64,000 nucleotides of DNA from a virus (taxonomy: Duplodnaviria > Caudoviricetes), in IMG/VR virus record IMGVR_UViG_2974670102_000001, positions 1-64,000 of that record; one strand, given 5' to 3'. Within the stretch, counting starts at the first letter, position 1. Each line of letters opens with the position of its first letter. The notes below the pieces were generated by a model. It worked only from the letters and a program-made list of their open reading frames with translations. It was not told the DNA's origin and did no database searches. Positions 53,403 through 62,120 of this stretch are shown one piece after another. Position numbers and translations under genes: made by a program.

Positions 53403-53777
53403 TTAAGCACCTGCCGCGAGACGTTGTGCCGCCGTGATCGTGGGGGCCGAGTACAGGTTCGGGCCCGCGCCCGTGTCTTCATCCGGGTCCTGCACTTCTT
53501 CGACGTTCGTGTCGATCTTCGGCGGTGCGTCGGCCGTATCGATTTCGTGCTCCGGCTTCGCGGCTTCGGCGTCGTCACCGTGGAGCGATGATGCATAGAG
53601 GCGCGTTGCCGCGTTGAGTTCGATGGTTGCAGTTGCGTTCGTCATGATTTGCTTCTCCATTTTGCAGGCTGTGCACCACCCATCCGGACCACCGCATTTA
53701 GTGCGCATGCCGTCCGGACGTGGGCGCACGTGCCCATGACCCGAGTTCGGGTTGTTGATGTCAAAATCGAAACTCAT
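53403..53777 (-). CDS. small protein with an N-terminal Zn-finger-like motif and two AA.RL motifs
   Basis: GHGHVRPRPDG..KCGGP..WC..C; possible internal start at 53645 (RBS GGAG). Confidence 0.6.
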   Translation of the reverse strand: MSFDFDINNPNSGHGHVRPRPDGMRTKCGGPDGWCTACKMEKQIMTNATATIELNAATRLYASSLHGDDAEAAKPEHEIDTADAPPKIDTNVEEVQDPDEDTGAGPNLYSAPTITAAQRLAAGA

Positions 53778-53783
53778 TTTCGA

Positions 53784-54620
53784 TTACTTCAGTGCGGGCG
53801 GCAGGTCGCTACCCAGCGGTGAATCGAATCCTTCGTCAGCCAGCATAGAGGCTGCGGCTTCGCAAACCTGCTGAACATCCCGAAGGGGCGTTGTGCGTTC
53901 AAGGCTGTCAGGCGCACAGAACTCTTGGTTGATCTGCACGAAGTAGCCCGAGCCCAGAACCCATTGCAGCGATACGTACAGTGTCGGCACACGTCGGCCG
54001 TCATCGGCCTGCGCACCGCTCAGCATCGTATACGACGTGAAGACAAGGGAGCCAGAAGCATCCACGTTCACGTACAGGAACTGTTCGGTCCCGGCACACC
54101 GCACGTGGTTCTCCAGTTCTTGGGCCAGCGCCTGACGCACGTGATCGAAGGCTTCGGGCACATGCTGGTGTGCAACTGCCGACAAGAATTCGAGGACCCG
54201 ACGAATCTGGTCTTTACCCTTGGCCTTGAGTTCGGCCAGTACCTGCTGCACACGGGCCGCCACTTCACCACGTCGATCAGGGAACTGGAGCGCCACCTGA
54301 GCCTCAACGGCTTCAAGTGCGCGATACTGGTCATAGATTTCCTCGGCAGTACCATACTGCGCATCCAGCTTCTTGACGTGCGGGACGACCACGCGCTTGA
54401 TCGTCGCGTCGACCGAGGCTCCACGCAGACTTGCTGTTACGTTCTCCTTCGGTTTCGTGAGGTAGGCCACTGCCTGTTGCTGGACTCGAATCAGGTTCTC
54501 GGACTCGGACACGTCGTCCCGAAGCTTGTCCAGATAACGCGATACGTCATCCAGATAGCGGAACTTCGGTAGCTCCAGCGTGCACGCGCGCGGCTCCTGA
54601 TAGGTCTTTGGCTTTGCCAA
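53784..54620 (-). CDS. hypothetical late protein (coiled-coil)
   Basis: 278 aa, TTG start with RBS AGGAG. Confidence 0.7.
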   Translation of the reverse strand: MAKPKTYQEPRACTLELPKFRYLDDVSRYLDKLRDDVSESENLIRVQQQAVAYLTKPKENVTASLRGASVDATIKRVVVPHVKKLDAQYGTAEEIYDQYRALEAVEAQVALQFPDRRGEVAARVQQVLAELKAKGKDQIRRVLEFLSAVAHQHVPEAFDHVRQALAQELENHVRCAGTEQFLYVNVDASGSLVFTSYTMLSGAQADDGRRVPTLYVSLQWVLGSGYFVQINQEFCAPDSLERTTPLRDVQQVCEAAASMLADEGFDSPLGSDLPPALK

Positions 54621-55856
54621 TTACGTTCTCCTGATACCTGTTACGTTGTCCCGTGCCATCAGCGTGGTCGGAGGCTTCGTCTGGGTGCGGGCACGGCGTG
54701 GTAGCAACCGGAAAATTTCCTGTGGCTGCGTTACCCGAACCATGGCTTCCCACCCCAAGATGTTGCGCTCACGCGTGTTCCACGGGTTGGTGTTCTGCAC
54801 CATCAGAGCCTTGCCAAACTGGCGCTCGACGATGATGTCCTCGGTGTCGGCACGCGGACAATTCGGGCTCATGATGATGTTGAAGGGTTCGTCTTTCTCC
54901 AGAAGTGCCGTGTTGTTGCCGGACGGCCGCTTCGGAAATTCAAAGTACACCGACTCTGCGCTAAGCCCGAACTGTAGTTCAAGGTGCGTGAATCGTGTAA
55001 AGCCGGAGGCCCCTAGAATGTGTTGACGCCCATCACAGAACTGCATGAAGTGCTGGGCGCTGCGGATCGGCACGCTGTCGACCGTGAAGCGTGCCGGTGT
55101 CGGCTCTGTATCGTTCCAGACGCGCAGCGCGTCAACGAGTATGGCACCGCGCGGCAGCACCACCCGCACGTCAAAGCCCGTTGCGTCCACTGCTAGAGGC
55201 CGTGCCAGCGTGTCAATAACGCCGCCATCACGCACCTGCACGTCAGTACACGTCAACACCTGCCGGTGGCCACGGAACGGGGTGTACCCACCAATGTAGC
55301 CAGAGCCAAAGCAGATCGGGCACGAGTTGTCGGAATGCCCCATCATACCGGCATCGAGATCACCGATGGCCTCTTCGACAGTCTCAGCCTGCACCGGCCC
55401 GTTGTCACCAAACCCGTTTCCGTTGATCAGGTCTGCGAACGGTATGTCGTCAAGATTCTCTGCGTTGTCCGGGTGTACCGCAACGTCAAAGACGCCTTGG
55501 TATTTGTTGTCCGGCGCGTTCGGGCTCGACTGACCTTCCGGGACCTTCCGGTTCTGGTTGTAGGCAGTGACGTTGAATTCCAGCGCGCCGCTGATCATCT
55601 GGTTGATGGCACCGAGGCTGGCCTTGCCCTCTTCGTTGAGCAAGCCGTTGATGCGTTTGCGCCGGGCCTGACACGTGCACGGGCGACCATTCGTGAGTTT
55701 CGTGTACAGGATAGACTCGATACCCTGCGGTCGAAACGCGTTGTAATAACGCTGCTGCATGACCGGCAGGATTTCTTGAATCGCCTTTTCCGCTACGTCG
55801 GCTGCGCGAGAGTTCGCGGCCAAGATGCGGTTGTTGTTTGATTCGCGTACGGGCAT
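54621..55856 (-). CDS. putative head-completion/neck protein with Zn site
   Basis: Start MPVRESN, RBS AGGAGG; G.PCTC...CPICFGSGYIGGY. Confidence 0.6.
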   Translation of the reverse strand: MPVRESNNNRILAANSRAADVAEKAIQEILPVMQQRYYNAFRPQGIESILYTKLTNGRPCTCQARRKRINGLLNEEGKASLGAINQMISGALEFNVTAYNQNRKVPEGQSSPNAPDNKYQGVFDVAVHPDNAENLDDIPFADLINGNGFGDNGPVQAETVEEAIGDLDAGMMGHSDNSCPICFGSGYIGGYTPFRGHRQVLTCTDVQVRDGGVIDTLARPLAVDATGFDVRVVLPRGAILVDALRVWNDTEPTPARFTVDSVPIRSAQHFMQFCDGRQHILGASGFTRFTHLELQFGLSAESVYFEFPKRPSGNNTALLEKDEPFNIIMSPNCPRADTEDIIVERQFGKALMVQNTNPWNTRERNILGWEAMVRVTQPQEIFRLLPRRARTQTKPPTTLMARDNVTGIRRT

Positions 55857-55931
55857 AAGCCCTCCTAAACTATCACTACTGCATAAAATTGCGAGATCAA
55901 AACGGCAATAAGGGGCGCAAGGCCCCAAGTT

Positions 55932-56294
55932 TTACAGCTTGTACATGAGTGACGACGCACAGTGCACACCGTACCGCAAATCCGGCATCACGGTTTTCGT
56001 GCTGTGCACCTTCACGTTCTTCGGATCGAGCATCCGGTCGACGGTGATGAATCCATCCATGTTGATGGTGATTCGGTGCCCACGGCGTCGATGGTTGAAG
56101 TCGACGGACCGTGCGTACCAGCGCGTCTCCCACAATTCTTTGTGTTCCTCAGCCGTCTTCTTGAGCGCATCGATACAAAGGTCCCAATTGCGGTTGCGCT
56201 TGGCGTGTCGCGTATCAGGTTCTGCGTGATGTTCCCAGAAGAAGTGGGGCTTCGAGCCTTCGTGGACGGTGTGCGAGCGGGCTGGACGCGTCAT
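55932..56294 (-). CDS. hypothetical protein
   Basis: Start MTRPARS, ATGA coupling, RBS AAGGTGG. Confidence 0.6.
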   Translation of the reverse strand: MTRPARSHTVHEGSKPHFFWEHHAEPDTRHAKRNRNWDLCIDALKKTAEEHKELWETRWYARSVDFNHRRRGHRITINMDGFITVDRMLDPKNVKVHSTKTVMPDLRYGVHCASSLMYKL

Positions 56295-56740
56295 TCGCCC
56301 ACCTTCCGGACGATAACGCCCGATGCTTGCAGGAGAGGAAGACCGTTCGACCGCTCGTATACGTGCTGGTACACGACCTCGCGAATCTTGGCCCGGATCG
56401 TGTGGAGTGCGCACGGAATGCACGGCCCGTGCGTCGTGTACATGCGAGCGCCTTCCGCGCTTGCGGTCGATCCCGAGAACTTGGACAGTGCGTTGAACTC
56501 AGCGTGCATCACCGTCGGCTTCGTCACCATTTCGAGGCGAGCCACACCGTGTGCACATTCGGTGATTGCATGAAACCGCGTATCGTTTTCGTGGCCCGGT
56601 GGCGTTCCGTTCCAACCCAGCGTGATCATGTCATCCGGTGTCACAATCGCGCAACCGACTCCGTGCTTCGGGTCCACCGACATGGATGCCGCAGAACTCG
56701 CGATCTCCATGTAAAGCATGTCTTCGTTCTCTCGTTGCAT
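56291..56740 (-). CDS. dCMP deaminase
   Basis: VGC.IV, GWNGTPPG, HAE.NA, PC..C zinc motifs. Confidence 0.9.
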   Translation of the reverse strand: MQRENEDMLYMEIASSAASMSVDPKHGVGCAIVTPDDMITLGWNGTPPGHENDTRFHAITECAHGVARLEMVTKPTVMHAEFNALSKFSGSTASAEGARMYTTHGPCIPCALHTIRAKIREVVYQHVYERSNGLPLLQASGVIVRKVGE

Positions 56741-56789
56741 CTAAATCCTCTGTAAGTGATGTAGCTAAACATTCTACATCACCTGCAAA

Positions 56790-57005
56790 TTATTTACTAC
56801 CGTTTTCTTTCGAATCCAGTAGCCGCTCGGCCGCGTGCAGTTCCACACCGCCAGTCATCTTGTGGTAGATGTAGTTCTGCAATGCGTACTTGTTGTCCGG
56901 GTGGGATTTCTTGGCAGCGTCCCCTGCCTTGTCCCACTTCTTCTCCAGCGACTCCTTGCTGCCCTTTCCTTCCTTAACGTCGTGCTTGATCATGTTGTTC
57001 GGCAT
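56790..57005 (-). CDS. small basic late protein
   Basis: 71 aa, RBS GGAG; LEKKW.KA...A motif and C-terminal LHAAERLL. Confidence 0.7.
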   Translation of the reverse strand: MPNNMIKHDVKEGKGSKESLEKKWDKAGDAAKKSHPDNKYALQNYIYHKMTGGVELHAAERLLDSKENGSK

Positions 57006-57023
57006 TTCAGTCTCCGCGTTGAA

Positions 57024-57581
57024 TTACACTTGCGAGTGTTGTTCGGTGTTTTGTTGATCTTGTTCGATTTCGTGCGAATTGTATCGAGGCGTGAGATTTC
57101 GGAAGAAGTTGATCGTCTTCATCGAGGGATCGTCGTTTAGCAACGCCTTGACGCCAACGTGCAAAGGCTGCACATCGCTTACTTCGTCGACCCAAACTGC
57201 CTGCGCCGTTTCCCAGTTCAGCGTGGGCTCGAATTCGTGCGGTACGATTGCCAGAAAGTTCTGGTAGCTCATGCCGTGGCCACGGAATACGAGAAGGGGC
57301 ATCAGCTTGACGGGGCCACGATACCCTGCTTCTTCCTGCACCTCGCGGCGCACCGCCTGTGACACGTTCTCACCGTGGTCGACAGCACCTCCCCATGTCC
57401 CCCAGCAGTTCGGGTCGGACACGCCCTCTGAACGCAAAGGCATCAGGAATCGCCCGGTGTCGGCCGCCATGATCAGGCACCCGGCACACACCTTACCCCA
57501 GTAGTTAGGATCGCTAGTCACGAGCGGGGGCAACCACTCGGTATCGCGGATATCGGTCAACAATCTGTACGCTGCTTCCAT
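57024..57581 (-). CDS. Nudix hydrolase
   Basis: Nudix box GGAVDHGENVSQAVRREVQEEAG; RBS AAGGAG. Confidence 0.9.
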   Translation of the reverse strand: MEAAYRLLTDIRDTEWLPPLVTSDPNYWGKVCAGCLIMAADTGRFLMPLRSEGVSDPNCWGTWGGAVDHGENVSQAVRREVQEEAGYRGPVKLMPLLVFRGHGMSYQNFLAIVPHEFEPTLNWETAQAVWVDEVSDVQPLHVGVKALLNDDPSMKTINFFRNLTPRYNSHEIEQDQQNTEQHSQV

Positions 57582-57626
57582 TCTGATCTCCTTGTCTATG
57601 GCATGAAATTAGCCTCCGGGTATAAC

Positions 57627-57652
57627 AAAAAGGCCCGCACTAGGCGAGCCTT
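57627..57652 (-). terminator. intrinsic terminator
   Basis: AAGGCTCGCCTAGTGCGGGCCTTTTT. Confidence 0.65.
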
Positions 57653-57656
57653 CTCA

Positions 57657-58655
57657 TCACTTGAACACGTCGGTGTTGCCGTAGTGTTCGGGGACCTCTA
57701 CGTCGTCGTCCGGAATCGTGGTCGGCAGACTGTCGGTATCCCACGAAGCGCGGAGTTCGGTTGCCGGGGGCAACTTTAGTGCGTCACGAGCAGCGCTTGC
57801 TGCCGCGTGCGCTTCCTCGTCGCGCGCCGTATCGAACACGCGTTGTTGGGCGACTTCGGCCTCGGCCTCGAACAGGGTCTCGGTCGGGGACAGGAGAACC
57901 GGGGCCGTGAGCGCCGACAGGGCTTCCAGACGGTCGTGCAGTTCGATGTACTCGTCTTGCAGTTCCTTGCGCCCGAACAGCGTGGCACGGATGTGCTCTT
58001 CCGGTGCTCGGAAGTTCGGGCCCTTGAGGACCTTGCCATGCTCGTTCTTCGTGGCCGTGCCGTCCGGATTCAGCTTCGTAAAATTCGAACCCATGATGCA
58101 GTGCAGAACCTCTTCCAGCGGAATGCCAAACTTCAGGGCCTCGCTTCGGTTGTACACGTTCATGTCACCCAGCCAGTCCGCGATCATGACGAGTGCTTCC
58201 TCGTCGATGTTCTGCATCACGTTCTCGTGGAACAGGCGTTCCGGGTCCTCGTACACGGTGTTGGCATCGAGCGCGATGGTGGGCTGCATCGCCTTCTGCA
58301 TCAGGGCCACGAGATTCGAGATTCGGGCACCCGGAACACCAACCTTCTCGGACAGCGCGACCAGTTGCTCGTGCGTCGGCTTCTGCTTTTTCTTCACCCA
58401 CTCGCGGAACACCAAGAACGCGAGGATTTCGCGGCCTTCGTGCATTTCCTCTTCCAGCGTCTTCAGGAACCCGGTGATGCGCTCGACCGGCGATTCGCCC
58501 AGCCCGTTCAGCGTGGGCTCCCGATTGACCGGCAGGCCGTACATGCGGTTCATCTTCAGAACAGCCCACGGGAAGAAGTGGCCGATCTCAAGACCGGATG
58601 CTGCGAAGTCACGCGCGGCCGAGCCGACAACGTGGTTGTATTCCTTCAAATCCAA
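57657..58655 (-). CDS. MazG-like all-alpha NTP pyrophosphohydrolase
   Basis: EEE..E, D.L.D..VY, SN.TKL..DG....N..GKVLKGPNF..P; TTG start with RBS AAGGAG. Confidence 0.8.
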   Translation of the reverse strand: MDLKEYNHVVGSAARDFAASGLEIGHFFPWAVLKMNRMYGLPVNREPTLNGLGESPVERITGFLKTLEEEMHEGREILAFLVFREWVKKKQKPTHEQLVALSEKVGVPGARISNLVALMQKAMQPTIALDANTVYEDPERLFHENVMQNIDEEALVMIADWLGDMNVYNRSEALKFGIPLEEVLHCIMGSNFTKLNPDGTATKNEHGKVLKGPNFRAPEEHIRATLFGRKELQDEYIELHDRLEALSALTAPVLLSPTETLFEAEAEVAQQRVFDTARDEEAHAAASAARDALKLPPATELRASWDTDSLPTTIPDDDVEVPEHYGNTDVFK

Positions 58656-58670
58656 AACGACTCTCCTTTG

Positions 58671-59399
58671 TTAGCGCGTATGCGAGCGATACGGATACGG
58701 CGCGATTTTGCTGATAACGTCAGCGGCGTGTTCACCGAAGCGGTACGCCTTTGCCTTTTCGGGCGACGCGAACTCGATGCCGTCGACAACGGTTTCGGGA
58801 TCACGTGCGTCTTCGAGTTCCGGCCCCGGAGCCTGACCTGCACCGTCGTCACTGCTGTCCGATACGCCGGGGGCCGAGATCGTGAGTGCGCCACCTGCAT
58901 TGGTGATCACCACGTTCGGGTTGCCCGAACCGAAAGCGGGCGGGTTCGAGCCGTGTTGCAGCGTGCCCTTGTGCGCTACCGGCATCGTGTATGGCTGCGG
59001 GGCGTTCGGAACGTTCGGGAATGTGACCGCCGCAGGGGGCGGTTCGTACGCGCGGCGTCGACGGTTGCGTGCGTCCATAGCATCGCGCTCGATATCGGCA
59101 AGCACGCCGTCGAGATCGATGCCCACGGCCTTAGCTGCTTCCGGCAGTTTCATGCCCGCGACAACGGATGCCGGTGCTTCCGGCAGCAGCGAATCGATGT
59201 CGCCCTCGGCAATCGCGTTCAGCACGTCGTTGAAGTTGTTTGCCTCGATGGCCAGCGTGCGCATTCCACGCACCAGATGCAGAGCAGCACGCAGCCCGTG
59301 AACGTATTCGACGGGCGCACCTTTCTTCGATTCTTCCAGAGTGTCGATCACGCGTTCCAGTGTCGGTACGCCACACGCTTTCTGATAAACGTCAGTCAC
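58671..59399 (-). CDS. hypothetical protein
   Basis: 242 aa, GTG start, RBS AAGGAG. Confidence 0.7.
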   Translation of the reverse strand: MTDVYQKACGVPTLERVIDTLEESKKGAPVEYVHGLRAALHLVRGMRTLAIEANNFNDVLNAIAEGDIDSLLPEAPASVVAGMKLPEAAKAVGIDLDGVLADIERDAMDARNRRRRAYEPPPAAVTFPNVPNAPQPYTMPVAHKGTLQHGSNPPAFGSGNPNVVITNAGGALTISAPGVSDSSDDGAGQAPGPELEDARDPETVVDGIEFASPEKAKAYRFGEHAADVISKIAPYPYRSHTR

Positions 59400-59676
59400 T
59401 CTTCTTCTCCTTCTTGGATTTGGGCTCGGATACGATTACCTCGAATTCGAGTTCACCAGCCTCCGAGCGTTGGGCCAGCAACTCCAGATGTGCCGCGAGT
59501 TTGCGCAGGGCCTTCGCGCTCGAAGGCAGGCTGATGCCCTGAAAGCCCATCTTCCAGACATCCGGCTCCTTTGCCGTAGTGTACTGCTGGCGCACCGAGA
59601 TCAGCTTCTGCCCATCATACTCGATGGGATTGATGTAGATCGCCTTGTTCTCACGGACCTTGAAACGCTTACCCAT
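59392..59676 (-). CDS. PC4-like ssDNA-binding protein/transcriptional coactivator
   Basis: EYDG...ISVRQ.Y......WK....GISL matches the PC4 pattern. Confidence 0.7.
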   Translation of the reverse strand: MGKRFKVRENKAIYINPIEYDGQKLISVRQQYTTAKEPDVWKMGFQGISLPSSAKALRKLAAHLELLAQRSEAGELEFEVIVSEPKSKKEKKSD

Positions 59677-60088
59677 TGAGCACCGCCGTCATGAAGAGAC
59701 GGTGACGCTGCTCCGTTAGGTTCAGGCGCTTGGTGCCCTCTATCACTATGGGGCGGTGCTCCGGGAACTGGTCGTCGATAACGAATACCCAGTCGGCTTG
59801 CTCGAACAGCTTGAGCGGTGCGTTCTCGGCGCTGGGCTCGCACTCTTCGCGGAACTGCTTCGGGTCCATGACCATGATGTAGCGCCCGGTTGCGCGACCC
59901 GCTCCTGTGCGGTACTTGCGGTATTCGGCAATCGCATGCTTCCACACGCGATGTGCCGCGCGAGGCGCGACGATGGCGATGGGGCCACCGAGATTGAGCG
60001 GCTTGTGTTGCTCCAGTGCCGTGATCACTTGCGACAGGCGGTCGATCCGCGTGTTGCTCAGGTCAAGCCCCACTTCTTCTTTACTCAA
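59669..60088 (-). CDS. hypothetical protein
   Basis: 139 aa, TTG start, RBS AGGAG. Confidence 0.7.
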   Translation of the reverse strand: MSKEEVGLDLSNTRIDRLSQVITALEQHKPLNLGGPIAIVAPRAAHRVWKHAIAEYRKYRTGAGRATGRYIMVMDPKQFREECEPSAENAPLKLFEQADWVFVIDDQFPEHRPIVIEGTKRLNLTEQRHRLFMTAVLNG

Positions 60089-60097
60089 AACGCTCTC

Positions 60098-60316
60098 CTA
60101 GTCCAGAAACCGATGGGTCGGGCCGTTGTCGTCGATGAACGTCAGGCCGTGTTGATCTGCGAGATCATACGCGTACGCCTTGGCAGCGTCAAGGTCTTCG
60201 TACTCCCATACGTTCCGGGAGGCACGCGAATAATCGTCGAATTCGTAGCTCCACGCGAGCACCAGATACAGAATCTTGGGGTCCTTGCGGCTGTAAATCA
60301 GAATCCACTGTTGCAT
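60098..60316 (-). CDS. hypothetical protein
   Basis: 72 aa, RBS AAGGAGG. Confidence 0.7.
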   Translation of the reverse strand: MQQWILIYSRKDPKILYLVLAWSYEFDDYSRASRNVWEYEDLDAAKAYAYDLADQHGLTFIDDNGPTHRFLD

Positions 60317-60325
60317 GTGGCCTCC

Positions 60326-60868
60326 TTACTTCTTGGGGCGCGGACGCGCCGGGGTCTTGGTGTAGACGATGCGCGTGCGTTCGGGCTTGCGTCCGTTAGC
60401 GGTGTCACTGGCCTTCGAATACATCTTGCGGGGCACGTCAATCCAGCCGTTCTCGGAAGTGCTGGACGCCTCAACCTGATAGATCGTAGTGAACGAGGGC
60501 GCGAAGTTCTCGTGCCAGTAGCGCGTGAGCATGTTCGCGATGATGTGGCCCACGCGATCCTGAAGCTGTTCGCCGTTCTTCTCGTACTGGATGCGGCCCC
60601 AGCCACGAAGGCGCAGCACCCCGTCTTCGGATGCCGGATCGTCGGCCACCATATTGCCGTCCGCGTCCATGATGAAGCCACAGTTGTAGACGAACGGAGG
60701 TCGGTACAGATCGAGCGCGCGGCTCGTCAACTCACCGACTTGCGGCTCGGTGTGTTCGGCTGAACGCCGCAGGCCCTCAGCAACAGCAGCGTCCCAGATT
60801 TCCTGTTCGTCGGGGGCACGGCCATTGAGGGCGATGAAACCACCACGGAAGCTTGCGAGTGTCGGCAT
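60326..60868 (-). CDS. hypothetical protein
   Basis: Start MPTLASF, RBS AAGGAG; I.DA.G.MVAD...RLRGWG motif. Confidence 0.75.
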   Translation of the reverse strand: MPTLASFRGGFIALNGRAPDEQEIWDAAVAEGLRRSAEHTEPQVGELTSRALDLYRPPFVYNCGFIMDADGNMVADDPASEDGVLRLRGWGRIQYEKNGEQLQDRVGHIIANMLTRYWHENFAPSFTTIYQVEASSTSENGWIDVPRKMYSKASDTANGRKPERTRIVYTKTPARPRPKK

Positions 60869-60879
60869 GGGTTGCTCCT

Positions 60880-61044
60880 TTAAGCGAGAAGTGCGAGAAG
60901 TGCGATGGGGATCATAATCAGCGTGGTCACGATCTCGATGGGCGTCGATTTGTCGGCCCAGTTCGCACGTGCCATCTTGCACAGATGGATACGCGTGTTC
61001 AGCGCCATGAACGTGATCGCAGCAACCTTGAGCGTGTAAAGCAT
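60880..61044 (-). CDS. small membrane protein (54 aa)
   Basis: Hand-translated MLYTLKVAAITFMAL...IVTTLIMIPIALLALLA*; RBS AGGGG; promoter TTGACA-N17-GATACT at 61075-61103. Confidence 0.6.
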   Translation of the reverse strand: MLYTLKVAAITFMALNTRIHLCKMARANWADKSTPIEIVTTLIMIPIALLALLA

Positions 61045-61131
61045 TTCATCCCCTATCCGTTAATCGATAATAGGAGTATCGCACGCATCGTTACCGCTGT
61101 CAAACGAAAACGGACCCGAAGGTCCGTTCTC

Positions 61132-61431
61132 TTAGTTCGCGACGTTGAAGTCGACGCGGCGCTCGTACACCAGAGTGGCGTACGGGAAGCCGATCAGCAT
61201 GCCGTTGATTAGGCGCACACCGAACAACTCACTCATGCCATCGGTCTCGACGTTGCCGTTGGTATCGATCAGCATGTACAGGTCTTCCGGACCATTGTCC
61301 AGACGCTGCGAGAACACGGTGCCATACCCCTTCTGCGAAAGGGCCTCGGGCTCGCGCACCACTTGCGTGAACTTGATGTTTTCGGCGTTGACGCCAGCGA
61401 ACTTGCGGGCAGGTGCTTTCTTGGTGCTCAC
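61132..61431 (-). CDS. hypothetical protein
   Basis: 99 aa, GTGA coupling, RBS GGAGG. Confidence 0.7.
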   Translation of the reverse strand: MSTKKAPARKFAGVNAENIKFTQVVREPEALSQKGYGTVFSQRLDNGPEDLYMLIDTNGNVETDGMSELFGVRLINGMLIGFPYATLVYERRVDFNVAN

Positions 61432-62081
61432 TGCTTTTCCTCCAGTTGTTTGAACTCCAGACGCGGAAGCGCGTCACGCACCGCACTCTTTTCGTTCGTG
61501 ATCGTGGCGATCAGTGTCTCACGCGCGCCGGGCGTCGAGGCCAGTTGATGCACGCGCTCCATATGCGGCATGATCTCGGTCTTGAACGCGGGATGCAGGC
61601 GCATGGTCTCGAAGTGGTCGTGCGGAATCATACCCTGCGTCATGATGTAGTTCTCGGCGCGGCGCATGAGCGTGAACTTCCACTCGTCTGCCTGTGCAGC
61701 CTGAAATGCCTCGGCGTCCGGCAGGTGTGCATATTTGCGCAGCGGCGTGATGCGCTTGATGCACTCGTGAATGAACGCGATCTCAGCCTCGCAGGCTGCG
61801 ACGTTGGCATCGTTGATCTCGGACATTGCCGTGATCTCTTCAAGATCGGCGCGGGCTTCCAAACGCTCCCACTCGTGCTCGGCGTTGTTGATCTGCGCAT
61901 GCGCCTTCAACTGCTTTGCGAGCGTGCGCTTGGCCCCGGCCTTGGACATAGCGAGAGCGGCCTCACGGTCCTGTCGAAGATCGTGAAGTAGCGCGTACGC
62001 AGCATCTGCTGTGTGGCAGGCACCGACCATGAAGTACGCGATCTGAAAATCATGGTTTTGTCGATTAGTTTTGTATTGCAT
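61428..62081 (-). CDS. coiled-coil protein (possible fibre chaperone)
   Basis: Start MQYKTNR, RBS AGGA; long helical region. Confidence 0.65.
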   Translation of the reverse strand: MQYKTNRQNHDFQIAYFMVGACHTADAAYALLHDLRQDREAALAMSKAGAKRTLAKQLKAHAQINNAEHEWERLEARADLEEITAMSEINDANVAACEAEIAFIHECIKRITPLRKYAHLPDAEAFQAAQADEWKFTLMRRAENYIMTQGMIPHDHFETMRLHPAFKTEIMPHMERVHQLASTPGARETLIATITNEKSAVRDALPRLEFKQLEEKQ

Positions 62082-62120
62082 AAGTCCTAATTTTAGAGTA
62101 TCACACAACAGGAGAAAATC

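Noticed and set aside
36792-59534. Long plus-strand ORFs (36792..38081, 39358..40614, 41527..43428, 52068..53252, 57807..59534)
   Set aside because: They are antisense shadows of codon-biased, GC-rich minus-strand genes, with no motifs or RBSs
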